Made by a program: the position numbers and the translations under genes
In this document: piece by piece, positions 34,382-43,432 of the stretch
How positions within the stretch are numbered: position 1 is the stretch's first letter
Layout of the letters: every line of letters begins with the position of its first letter
Sequence record: PP579741.1
Direction: 5' to 3' (one strand)
Source of the DNA: Enterobacter phage KKP_3711
DNA: 64,000 nt
Notes under the pieces: generated by a model
The model's input: only the letters and a program-made list of their open reading frames with translations
Told to the model about the DNA's origin: nothing
Database searches by the model: none

Positions 34382-34789
34382 ATGACTACTACTAAATCCG
34401 CTAAAACTGTAAAATCTACTGCTTTTGCATGGGATGAAGAAAACACCGCTAAAGCGGGCGATCTTTATAACCAGATGGTAGAAGAAAGCGGGGTTGAATT
34501 TGCAAACGAGAATCTCAAAGTAATTGCGGAGAAACTCGGCGCTAAATCTGCGGCTGCTGTGCGTTCCAAACTGGTTAGCGCTAAAGTGTACCAGAAAGCC
34601 GATACGCCGCGTAAAGTTGGCGGCGGTAGCTCAATCCGTAAAATTCATTATGTGCGTGCTCTGGTTAAGGCCGCAGAAGCTAAAGGTCTGGAAGTTGAAG
34701 CCGATGCGCTGGATTCTCTGGAATCTTCTAAGATGTCAGCGCTTAAAATCCTTGCTGATATTGCCGGAGTTCAGGTTACAGGTGAATAA
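34382..34789 (+). CDS. pre-early hypothetical protein (135 aa)
   Basis: ATG 34382 (MTTTKSAK) in the track ORF; Ala/Lys-rich. Confidence 0.45.
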   Translation: MTTTKSAKTVKSTAFAWDEENTAKAGDLYNQMVEESGVEFANENLKVIAEKLGAKSAAAVRSKLVSAKVYQKADTPRKVGGGSSIRKIHYVRALVKAAEAKGLEVEADALDSLESSKMSALKILADIAGVQVTGE

Positions 34790-34864
34790 CGGTTAATTAA
34801 TGATAGCCAGTGCTTTTATAGGCTGGCTATAGTGAATTAACCCAATAATATAATGGAGTTTATT

Positions 34865-35092
34865 ATGATTAATATTTTTACTGTTATTGCGATCATGTTC
34901 TTAGCGGCAGTATTCTATATTCTAGAATTTTGCCACGCTAAAGAAAGGAATACATGGTTTAACGCAAAAGGCAATTTAAGCAAGGAATATCGTTTCCATG
35001 ATATTTCGTCTAAGCGTTGTTTATGGTTAGGTCGCTTATTCCTTATTTCGGGTATAGCTCTAGCCGTAATTGAGCAAATAACATTTATATAA
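34865..35092 (+). CDS. small membrane protein (75 aa)
   Basis: ATG after RBS ggag; two TM helices. Confidence 0.4.
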   Translation: MINIFTVIAIMFLAAVFYILEFCHAKERNTWFNAKGNLSKEYRFHDISSKRCLWLGRLFLISGIALAVIEQITFI

Positions 35093-35183
35093 TTGCAAAT
35101 TATAACGTTAAGAGTTTATTCGATCTTTTGACGTTATATTTGGCAATTATCGCCATTTACCCTGAATTATAGGAGTTTTTTAT

Positions 35184-36857
35184 ATGTCTCGTATTTCCGC
35201 CGAAAATATTGCTCTTATCGTTAAACGTGCTGCTGGTTTAAACTATTTCGGCAAACGTCTGGACGATAAGAAAAATGAAGTCGCTGAAAAAATCAGCATG
35301 GAAGTATTCAATACGGCTAGCCGTTCGGCAGAAGTAAAACAGGTTATTGAAGATAATAAACCTGTAAAAGCTGATAAGCCAAAAGCCGAAAGGGTAGCGA
35401 AAGAAGATACTCGTCCAGTGGCTGCTGGTGCTATGAATAGTGCCGTTGATAACTGGAAAGTTAAAACGGGCAAACGCTTTATTCTTACTAGCATTCAAAA
35501 CAATACTTTCCCTCATGCTAACTTTTTAGCATCACTGGAAAAGGCCGCCGAATATCTCGGTGCTGAATTGCTGGTTAGCAAATATCTGTATAATAAAAAC
35601 GGATTCCAGAATGGGGAAGGCGGGAAAGATATTAAATTCGATTCTGCTTTCGATAAATATATTATTGAGGAAAACGTATTCCTTAATAATCGTGAATCTG
35701 GTTTCGCTTTTATGGCTGAATTAAACATTCTGCCTACTGCCTCTTATCCGCTGTCAGGATTCGCGGAAACGGCTACTGCATATGATCTTAAAGGTCTGGT
35801 AGTGGGTCACGCTAAAATTACTGCTGAGAGCGTGGCGGCGTTGAAGGGTGAATCTGTGCGCCGTTTATATTCAACTGGTACGGCTACACTGAAAAACTAT
35901 ATTCAGCAAAAGGCCGGACAAAAAGCCGAAGCGCTTCATAATTACGGTGCGCTGTTAGTTGAATTTGACGATGAAGGAACTTTCTTTGTCCGTCAACTGG
36001 AAGCTATGGATGCTAGCGGCGAATTTTACGATTTGAATCTTCATTTCACTCCTAGCGGAGTTAATGAAGTTACAGGTCATGTCTTAGCGCTGCAATATGG
36101 TGATATCCACGCCGAAAAAATTGATGATGAATGTGCTAGCGCGTCATGGAATAGTGAAGATTCATTGCTTGATATTCTCAAGCCGAAATATCAACTAATC
36201 CATGACGTTCATGACTTCACCAGTCGAAATCATCATAATCGTCAGAGCGGCGTTTTCCTTGCTGAGCAATATGCGCAAGGCCGTGACAAAGTGCTAGACG
36301 ATTTGATTGATACAGGTCGCATCCTTGAGCAAATGGATCGCCCATTCAGCCAAACGGTGATTGTTGAATCTAACCACGATTTAGCGCTCGCTCGTTGGCT
36401 TAATGACCCTAAAGCGAACATCACCCAAGACCCTGCAAACGCTCACCTATTCCATACTCTTAACGCCGCTATTTATGGTGCTATTGCAGACCGTGATACT
36501 AGTTTTAACGTTCTGGATTATGCGCTACGTCAGGTTGCAGGTTGCGATTTTGCCGCCGTTTTCCTTTCAACGGATGAATCTTTTAAACTGGCTGGCATTG
36601 AATGCGGCTGTCACGGTCATAATGGCATTAACGGCAGTAAGGGAAGCCCTAAACAATTTGTTAAGTTGGGCAAGATGAACACAGGTCATACTCATACGCC
36701 TAGCATTTACGGCGGTGTATATACTGCTGGCGTGTCTGGTAGTCTGGATATGGGTTATAACATTGGTGCATCTAGCTGGAGTCAGACGCATATCATTACC
36801 TATGCAAACGGTCAGCGTACTTTGATTGATTTTAAAAACGGTAAATTTTTCGCTTAA
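35184..36857 (+). CDS. A1: A1-like pre-early protein (metallophosphoesterase-type; second-step DNA transfer / host DNA degradation in T5)
   Basis: 557 aa vs 556-aa T5 A1; GDIHAEK(I)D and GHTHTP motifs; gene order A1-A2-dmp next to the ISS-like repeats. Confidence 0.65.
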   Translation: MSRISAENIALIVKRAAGLNYFGKRLDDKKNEVAEKISMEVFNTASRSAEVKQVIEDNKPVKADKPKAERVAKEDTRPVAAGAMNSAVDNWKVKTGKRFILTSIQNNTFPHANFLASLEKAAEYLGAELLVSKYLYNKNGFQNGEGGKDIKFDSAFDKYIIEENVFLNNRESGFAFMAELNILPTASYPLSGFAETATAYDLKGLVVGHAKITAESVAALKGESVRRLYSTGTATLKNYIQQKAGQKAEALHNYGALLVEFDDEGTFFVRQLEAMDASGEFYDLNLHFTPSGVNEVTGHVLALQYGDIHAEKIDDECASASWNSEDSLLDILKPKYQLIHDVHDFTSRNHHNRQSGVFLAEQYAQGRDKVLDDLIDTGRILEQMDRPFSQTVIVESNHDLALARWLNDPKANITQDPANAHLFHTLNAAIYGAIADRDTSFNVLDYALRQVAGCDFAAVFLSTDESFKLAGIECGCHGHNGINGSKGSPKQFVKLGKMNTGHTHTPSIYGGVYTAGVSGSLDMGYNIGASSWSQTHIITYANGQRTLIDFKNGKFFA

Positions 36858-36917
36858 TTAAAATCTAATAGCGGGAATTAATATTCCCGCTAACCCTAAA
36901 TAACTGGAGAATATTAA

Positions 36918-37322
36918 ATGAAATTAGTTTTCGTATACCGCAACGGAAAAACTTTTACCGCTCGTAACGTTGAAGATATTCATATTGTTACAGGTGGCGG
37001 GAATGTTACGGGTATTAATTATATTCGTAATCTTGATTTTGAAACATATCAGCAAACAGGTGATATGAAAAAGCTAGATAAAAATGCTGGCTTGTTAGTA
37101 CGCCGCAATGGTGATCAACGCTGGCAAGAGGCTAGCGAAGCCGTATCAATCCGAGTAGACAAAGCTCAATTGAGCTACGTCATTGTAGAGGAAAAGCTCG
37201 TCTATACGGATTTAGTAGGATTGTTTGGTGATGTTAGCAATCGCAATATGGTAAGCGTTATTCCTTGCCTTGATTCTTACACTGCTGAAAATATCGCAGA
37301 CGTTCTAAAAACCATTAGCTAA
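36918..37322 (+). CDS. A2: A2-like pre-early protein
   Basis: 134-aa ORF immediately downstream of A1, as in T5. Confidence 0.45.
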   Translation: MKLVFVYRNGKTFTARNVEDIHIVTGGGNVTGINYIRNLDFETYQQTGDMKKLDKNAGLLVRRNGDQRWQEASEAVSIRVDKAQLSYVIVEEKLVYTDLVGLFGDVSNRNMVSVIPCLDSYTAENIADVLKTIS

Positions 37323-37389
37323 TATATTCTAGCGGCTTTATAGTATAGGCCGCTAGTCAATATATTAACCCTGTAAAGGAGAGCTATAA

Positions 37390-38088
37390 ATGCAACAAAT
37401 CACTAATATTAATCTGTGGGATTTAGATGGTACAGTAATCAATTCCGCGCACCGTGTTTTACCTCTGCTGGATAGTGATGGTAATTTAGATCTAAATCGC
37501 TATCGTAATGAGGCCTGCAAACATGAATTAATTATTCAAGATTCATTGTTGCCACTGGTTGAATTAATGCGCCGCCAGATGTCAGCGCCTAATACAATCA
37601 ACTATATTATCACCGCTCGCGCCATGTCCAAGTCTGATTATTATTTCCTGCGTAAACAGGGATTGAGAGGTCGCAACGGTGACAATATCCAAGTATTTAG
37701 CCGTGATACTATTCATAAGTTTGCGCCGTTGGAATCGGTGAAACATATTTACAACTCTCGTGACGCTGATTATAAAGCGTTTTATTTTGATCATATTATC
37801 CGCTTACATGGTCGTGATAACGTTAATTATACTATGTATGATGATCATAAGGGTGTGCTAGAAAAGGCGCGTGAATATGGATTCAACGCCATAGACGCCA
37901 CGCAATTAAACGAGATGTTAACAATCGGCATTCAGTTAGCAAGCGAACAATTTCTGGAGGAAACTATTTCCGATGATTTAGATATTGATTATTTAAATCA
38001 AAGGTTGTCGTTTGCATGGCAACAATTAACAGAAGAAGAACAGGATTATTATTCTGTTAAGTATCCTAAACTAGCTCAGGCAGTTTAA
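37390..38088 (+). CDS. dmp: 5'-deoxyribonucleotidase (HAD superfamily), dmp-like
   Basis: N-terminal DLDGT HAD motif I; position after A1/A2 at the outer end of the repeat. Confidence 0.6.
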   Translation: MQQITNINLWDLDGTVINSAHRVLPLLDSDGNLDLNRYRNEACKHELIIQDSLLPLVELMRRQMSAPNTINYIITARAMSKSDYYFLRKQGLRGRNGDNIQVFSRDTIHKFAPLESVKHIYNSRDADYKAFYFDHIIRLHGRDNVNYTMYDDHKGVLEKAREYGFNAIDATQLNEMLTIGIQLASEQFLEETISDDLDIDYLNQRLSFAWQQLTEEEQDYYSVKYPKLAQAV

Positions 38089-38096
38089 TATAAGTT

Positions 38097-38131
38097 AGCT
38101 AACCATTCCACTTCGAATGGTTAGCTTTTTA
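38097..38131 (+). terminator. rho-independent terminator
   Basis: AGCTAACCATTC-CACTTC-GAATGGTTAGCT plus TTTTT. Confidence 0.6.
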
Positions 38132-38282
38132 ATTATAACCATGCGTGATCATTCCACTTCGAATAGTAACGCATGGTAACTATCACGGTGGGCGGTAATT
38201 AGACTGCTAACTATCCCCCACCACTGTGGACCCACCCACATGTGTAACTTTTGAAAAATGGAGCAAAAAGTGTTATTAGCTC

Positions 38283-38358
38283 ATAGGAAAGTTACATATG
38301 CATAGGAAAGTTACATATGCATAGAAAAGTTACATATGCATAGAAAAGTTACCCACAA
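38283..38358 (+). repeat. tandem 19-bp repeats ATAG(G/A)AAAGTTACATATGC x 3.5
   Basis: Directly seen at the inner boundary of the inferred terminal repeat. Confidence 0.8.
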
Positions 38359-38469
38359 TCTCACATATAATTGCACCAAATCTCCCACCCAAACCACCCA
38401 ACAGACCCACAAATTGCCACATTTAGCACGAAATTCAACGACTTATACAAGCAATCCAATTCCAACTCC

Positions 38470-38868
38470 TTATAAATATGTAATTACACGAGGTTCTGTT
38501 AAAGAGAAAGAAACTAATACTGCAATATCATCCTCTTTAATATCGTAATCATCACGGAATACTAAGCCACCATCTTCAATAACCATTTTCCATGATTGGC
38601 CTGTAAACCTTTCGAGTCTATTACGAAGAATACCCGCAGCCTCAGAATCTAAATTATGAATCTGATCATACATATCAGACAGACTAAATGGATCCGCCGG
38701 CTTGGTTTTCAAATATAAGTCTAGTAATTTCCAGCATCTGTGATTAATATCCAGACAACTAGAACTATTCCATACTAACCAGCGATAAAATAATTGTAAC
38801 ATTATAACCACCCTAGCATAAAGAGAATCATTACTACTACAAAAATTAAGAAGATTAAAGTTCCGCAT
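38470..38868 (-). CDS. hypothetical protein (132 aa), divergent from the RBP gene
   Basis: ORF in track on the - strand in the position where T5 carries llp; no signal peptide or lipobox. Confidence 0.3.
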   Translation of the reverse strand: MRNFNLLNFCSSNDSLYARVVIMLQLFYRWLVWNSSSCLDINHRCWKLLDLYLKTKPADPFSLSDMYDQIHNLDSEAAGILRNRLERFTGQSWKMVIEDGGLVFRDDYDIKEDDIAVLVSFSLTEPRVITYL

Positions 38869-39020
38869 CCAAAACTATTAATCCATGAATCGTATACTTC
38901 TCCGCGTCTCATTGGCAATACCTTTTGTGAAGTTTAAAAATTAGTTTTACATTTTCTTCTATTTATTTTATAATTATAATATATTTTAGGTAACTTAGCA
39001 AATAAAATTTAGGAGAGATT

Positions 39021-41069
39021 ATGAGCTTTTTTGCAGGAAGAATTGGTACAAAAACAGTTCTATCCCTCAACAGTGCCAGTGGAGGCGATATAAATGTCCA
39101 TCTTAACCCTAATACCAATACTATTTTCCATAGTGATATGCCATATGTCATAATCCAAGAACAATATTCCGCTAATCTTGGCGCCGTAGGTTCTGACTAT
39201 TATGTGTGTGATATGCCAGCTGCGGTAGCAAACTATGTAAGTAACACTAGCAGAATATTGATTCCTATGTTAACTGTTAATTATGGTGGCGTGGAATATA
39301 ATACTATTCTAGGTGGCGGCTCTATGTCTCTAGGTAACTGTACTGCGGGAGGTACCGAACTAAACCTAGGTACGACAATGGCAACTGCTGAGTGCGGCGC
39401 TCAGCTACGTAATATTTGGGGTTTTTCAAACGACGTTGTTTGGGATACAGGTTACTATACTAAAAGTAGTAGTTTATCTGATGTATTAAGTATTGGTCAA
39501 GGTACTGGTAGAAGTATTGATATAATGAGTGCTAGTCTTTATTACGCTGCTACTTACAGTACAGGCGGAGGTGGTATAGGTATTCCTCCAATTCCAGATT
39601 TAGATCAGTCATACCTATATTTAGCTAGTGGTGCTATCTACAGTGGTAGAATTCCTTCCGTGGACCAAGATGGTAGACTTAGATGGGCTGATGAAGATAG
39701 ACAATATAATACAAAGATAGGTTCTGTTACTCGTACTATTGCTATTAATAGCCACTTCCAAACTCCAACAGGTAGAAGCTTAGGTCATTCTAAATTCTAT
39801 GTTCGCAGAGGTATTGCTGCTCTAGTAAAAGCTTGGCGTGTTAGGTATAACCAAGGAGCAGGTACAGGAGAAACTTTAGTACAAAGATACACTAATAGTT
39901 TTTATGCTCAGTCTGGTGATCGTATAGATGAAGTATGGCAGCGTACTAGTTTCCATTCTAATACCAGTACTGTTATCGCTCCAGATACTACAGGTACTTA
40001 TCTAAACGTAGATTATAAAGCTAGCCTGTATAATATGGTAACGCCTGTCAGAATGACTTGGTTTGTAACTAATGTTACATATAATGAGTCAGCAGGTACT
40101 TATTCTGCTAGTAATCCCTTTACTGTAAATAATGACATTAGATTGTCTCCTTCTGATTTTATTATTAAAGGTGTTAATTTAGGAACTACTGCATGGAGTT
40201 TCTTAATGCAACTTTCTGCTGGTGCCCTTTATAACGCTAATGGCCGTGTTGTGATGGGAGCTAATGGTAGTAGAAGTACTGCCAAGAATGGTAGTTCAGC
40301 AGCAGCTATTCCTATTCCTTACATGTCTGGGACTACCGAAAGATTTATAGGCGGAGATACTACGGATGGTTGGCAGTTACATAAATTAGCATTGTATCAA
40401 TTCAATAGAAATAGACAATGGAAAGTAGATACTAGATCTAATTCAATTAGTAATGCAGAAGGTGATGTATGGAGTCCCGGAGTTAATCCATTAAAAATAT
40501 TTGCTGGTAATAGTTCGGTGGTTAACGTAGGAGGTAATACATTAAACTCCAATACAGGGGAAGTATTATTGACTACCGTTAACTTAGGTATGAATACTAA
40601 TGTACGAGCAGGTTCGGTAATTTGTTCCGTTCAGCTAAGGGATGCCACAGTATTTACATCTGGGGGCTATGGGTCTTTTGTAATATGTTCTCCTAGACCA
40701 GGAAATCCAGAATCTTTGGGACTATCTGCTAGTACTTCTAGAATGAGGACTTCGGGAGGTATTGGTGCAGTACACCATCATTTGTTCTGTACACTTCCTG
40801 TTGGTAGATTTGTGCCTGTTTATGCTATAAGAACCGCTGGATATAACTTTGTGTTAACTCCGTCTTTCCAGCCGCTATGGTTTACCCCTAGTAATGTTCA
40901 AATGAGTAATAGAACTCTAGAATGTTCTTTCATAATTTATTTGAAAAATGAAGGTAATGGTAACGTAGGTATTTATTGTGGTACTGGTCGTAACGCAGAT
41001 GCCGCGGCTATGGGTAACTTCTCTTTCATTTTACCAAACTTACGTATTTCTGTACAGCGTCTCACTTAA
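39021..41069 (+). CDS. receptor-binding tail protein (pb5-like)
   Basis: N-terminus MSFFAG...SGGD..H.NP...TIFHSDM and C-terminus ...QRLT match T5 pb5 from memory; position upstream of terminase; central region divergent. Confidence 0.7.
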   Translation: MSFFAGRIGTKTVLSLNSASGGDINVHLNPNTNTIFHSDMPYVIIQEQYSANLGAVGSDYYVCDMPAAVANYVSNTSRILIPMLTVNYGGVEYNTILGGGSMSLGNCTAGGTELNLGTTMATAECGAQLRNIWGFSNDVVWDTGYYTKSSSLSDVLSIGQGTGRSIDIMSASLYYAATYSTGGGGIGIPPIPDLDQSYLYLASGAIYSGRIPSVDQDGRLRWADEDRQYNTKIGSVTRTIAINSHFQTPTGRSLGHSKFYVRRGIAALVKAWRVRYNQGAGTGETLVQRYTNSFYAQSGDRIDEVWQRTSFHSNTSTVIAPDTTGTYLNVDYKASLYNMVTPVRMTWFVTNVTYNESAGTYSASNPFTVNNDIRLSPSDFIIKGVNLGTTAWSFLMQLSAGALYNANGRVVMGANGSRSTAKNGSSAAAIPIPYMSGTTERFIGGDTTDGWQLHKLALYQFNRNRQWKVDTRSNSISNAEGDVWSPGVNPLKIFAGNSSVVNVGGNTLNSNTGEVLLTTVNLGMNTNVRAGSVICSVQLRDATVFTSGGYGSFVICSPRPGNPESLGLSASTSRMRTSGGIGAVHHHLFCTLPVGRFVPVYAIRTAGYNFVLTPSFQPLWFTPSNVQMSNRTLECSFIIYLKNEGNGNVGIYCGTGRNADAAAMGNFSFILPNLRISVQRLT

Positions 41070-41079
41070 GGAGAAATTA

Positions 41080-41562
41080 ATGAGCACAGATGTATTAGTA
41101 CCAGAAGAAATGTCACCTGAAGGTATGCGTGTCGTTGAGGCCTACCTTGATTGTGGCTCTGATATCACCCAAGTAGGAGATTACTTGGGTATGCCTCAGG
41201 AAACGGTTATGGCAATCTATAATCGTCCTGAAGTTAAACATTATATTACCACTCTTTTTATGGAGAGTGGTTTCCGTAATCGAGATAAGTTCTTTGGGGT
41301 TATGGATGAAATTGTTAAGAAAAAGCTAGAAGATTTAGAAGAATCCGAATTAGGTTCTGATGCAGATATTCTTGAGATTATGAAAGTATACCATAAAATG
41401 AAGATGGATGAAATGGCTATGCAAATCAAACTACTAGAAGCTCAGACTAAGGTAAGAACACCAACTACTCAAACTAATATTCAGAATAACTTCAATCTTC
41501 CAGGGTCGGATGATGGCAACTATATGGCGCTTATGAATCGACTTTCAGGAGCTAGAAAGTAA
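41080..41562 (+). CDS. terminase small subunit candidate
   Basis: ATG after RBS ggagaaatta; HTH-like segment ITQVGDYLGMPQETVMAIY; immediately upstream of terL. Confidence 0.45.
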   Translation: MSTDVLVPEEMSPEGMRVVEAYLDCGSDITQVGDYLGMPQETVMAIYNRPEVKHYITTLFMESGFRNRDKFFGVMDEIVKKKLEDLEESELGSDADILEIMKVYHKMKMDEMAMQIKLLEAQTKVRTPTTQTNIQNNFNLPGSDDGNYMALMNRLSGARK

Positions 41563-42881
41563 TGAAGGTATCTCGTGATTATTTGAACTGTACAGAACTG
41601 CTACAGTTTCCCGTAGAGGATAGATTTTTTGCTCTTCAAGTAGAAAGTTTACTAGAAACTGAAGGTATTATACCTAATGGGCCTCAGATTGCTATTGTTA
41701 ATGCCATTAATGACCCTAGACATCGTTTCGTAACTGCTTGTGTGTCACGACGTGTTGGTAAATCATTCATCGCTTATACTCTAGGATTCTTAAAGCTGCT
41801 AGAGCCAAATGTTAAAGTTCTGGTAGTAGCTCCAAACTACTCTCTAGCAAACATTGGATGGACTCAGATTAAAGGTCTGGTTCGTAAATATGGGCTTGAG
41901 ACTATTAAAGAGAACGCCAAAGATAAGGAGCTAGAACTTTCTAATGGTTCTTTATTTAAACTGGCATCTGCCGGTCAAGCGGACTCCGCAGTTGGTCGTT
42001 CTTATGACTTTATCATATTTGACGAAGCAGCTATCTCTTCTAAAGGTGGAGATGCCTTCGAAATTCAGTTACGTCCTACACTAGATAAGCCTAACTCTAA
42101 GGCTCTGTTTATCTCTACTCCTCGTGGTGCTAACTGGTTTAAAGAGTTCTATGAGCGTGGATTCAGTCCAGATCCTATGTTGTCTAAGTGGGTATCTATC
42201 CATGGTACATATAAAGATAACCCTCGCGTATCTGAAGCCGATATTGAGGAAGCTAAGAAAACTGTTACTAATGCATACTTCCGTCAGGAATATGAGGCAG
42301 ACTTCTCAGTATTCGAAGGTCAGATCTTCGAAGAGTTCGATGCTAAGATTCATGTTAGAGACTTTAGCAGAGAGAAAGAATTCTTTGCTAGTAATGAATT
42401 TGAAAATATTCTTGGTATTGACGTAGGTTATCGTGACCCAACAGCAGTACTAACGGTGAAGTATCATTATGATGATGATATTTACTACGTTATGGAAGAA
42501 TATGAAGAGAAGGAAAAGACTACTAGTGAGCATGCTGCTTATATTCACACTGTTGAAGAGAAATACGAAATTGATCGTATCTTCGTAGATGCTGCTGCGG
42601 CGCAGTTCCGTAATGACTTAGCTTATGAGCATGATATTGCATCTGCACCTGCTAAGAAATCAGTGCTTGATGGTCTAGCACTTCTACAAACTCTATTCCA
42701 TCAGAACAAAATTATTGTTAGTACAGAATGTCCAAGACTTATACATGCTCTAGCAAACTATAAGTGGGACTTCGATGAGACTAGTGATAAGTTAGTGAAA
42801 GAGAAGCCATTACACGATGGTAACTCACACTTATGTGATGCTCTCCGCTATGCAATTTATTCTATCCAAAGGGGTAAATAA
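41562..42881 (+). CDS. terminase large subunit
   Basis: 439 aa; Walker-A-like SRRVGKS; C-terminal nuclease-like region; position matches T5 TerL (438 aa). Confidence 0.8.
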   Translation: MKVSRDYLNCTELLQFPVEDRFFALQVESLLETEGIIPNGPQIAIVNAINDPRHRFVTACVSRRVGKSFIAYTLGFLKLLEPNVKVLVVAPNYSLANIGWTQIKGLVRKYGLETIKENAKDKELELSNGSLFKLASAGQADSAVGRSYDFIIFDEAAISSKGGDAFEIQLRPTLDKPNSKALFISTPRGANWFKEFYERGFSPDPMLSKWVSIHGTYKDNPRVSEADIEEAKKTVTNAYFRQEYEADFSVFEGQIFEEFDAKIHVRDFSREKEFFASNEFENILGIDVGYRDPTAVLTVKYHYDDDIYYVMEEYEEKEKTTSEHAAYIHTVEEKYEIDRIFVDAAAAQFRNDLAYEHDIASAPAKKSVLDGLALLQTLFHQNKIIVSTECPRLIHALANYKWDFDETSDKLVKEKPLHDGNSHLCDALRYAIYSIQRGK

Positions 42882-43000
42882 GAGCTGAATACACTCTATT
42901 TTGCCGAATTATAAATGCTACTTTACAAGTGGGATAATATTATATATACTATCTGTATCAGTTGAGGATAATATATCCCACAGTAAAAAAGGAACAAATA

Positions 43001-43432
43001 ATGGCAACTAATACTAAATATAAAAGAAGTGCCATTGCTTTGATGCGAGATGGTATCAAAGCAAACTATAAAAAAGATTCCTGCTGCGCAATCTGTGACG
43101 TAGATCACGAATTAGAATTGCACCACTACAATACGGTGTCCTTACTAGTAAAAAACTTTGCCAAAGAATTCCAACTGGATTTCAATGATGAAGATATCGT
43201 CCTAAGCAATAGGACGGCATTTTATGATAAATACTGGCACGAGCTAGTAGAGGACACTGTTACTTTATGTGCGGAGCATCATAAGCTATTGCACAAAATA
43301 TACACAAAAGAACCTCCACTTCATACTGCTTCCAAGCAGAAAAATTGGGTAGCGGTTCAACGCAACAAGCTACAGAATCCGAAAGAAAAGAAAATCACCT
43401 CTAAAAAATCGGGTTTCGGAAAGTTCTTATAA
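43001..43432 (+). CDS. HNH endonuclease
   Basis: CCAICDVDHELELHHYN ... CAEHHKLLH (HNH plus zinc ligands); RBS aaaaaggaacaaata. Confidence 0.55.
   Translation: MATNTKYKRSAIALMRDGIKANYKKDSCCAICDVDHELELHHYNTVSLLVKNFAKEFQLDFNDEDIVLSNRTAFYDKYWHELVEDTVTLCAEHHKLLHKIYTKEPPLHTASKQKNWVAVQRNKLQNPKEKKITSKKSGFGKFL

Larger units (their letters stand above)
28500..38400. other. inferred terminal-repeat / first-step-transfer (pre-early) DNA segment in a collapsed assembly
   Basis: Contains the A1-A2-dmp pre-early genes and an ISS-like repeat region between the early and late modules; span is about 9.9 kb vs about 10.1 kb in T5. Confidence 0.4.

Noticed and set aside
34524-34796. ORF 34524-34796 (+) alternative frame
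   Set aside because: Fully embedded in the 135-aa pre-early ORF in a different frame with Arg/Leu-rich low-complexity translation.
38283-38358. Possible CRISPR array because of evenly spaced direct repeats
   Set aside because: Repeats are contiguous 19-mers with no intervening unique spacers and only 3.5 units; annotated as a tandem repeat instead.
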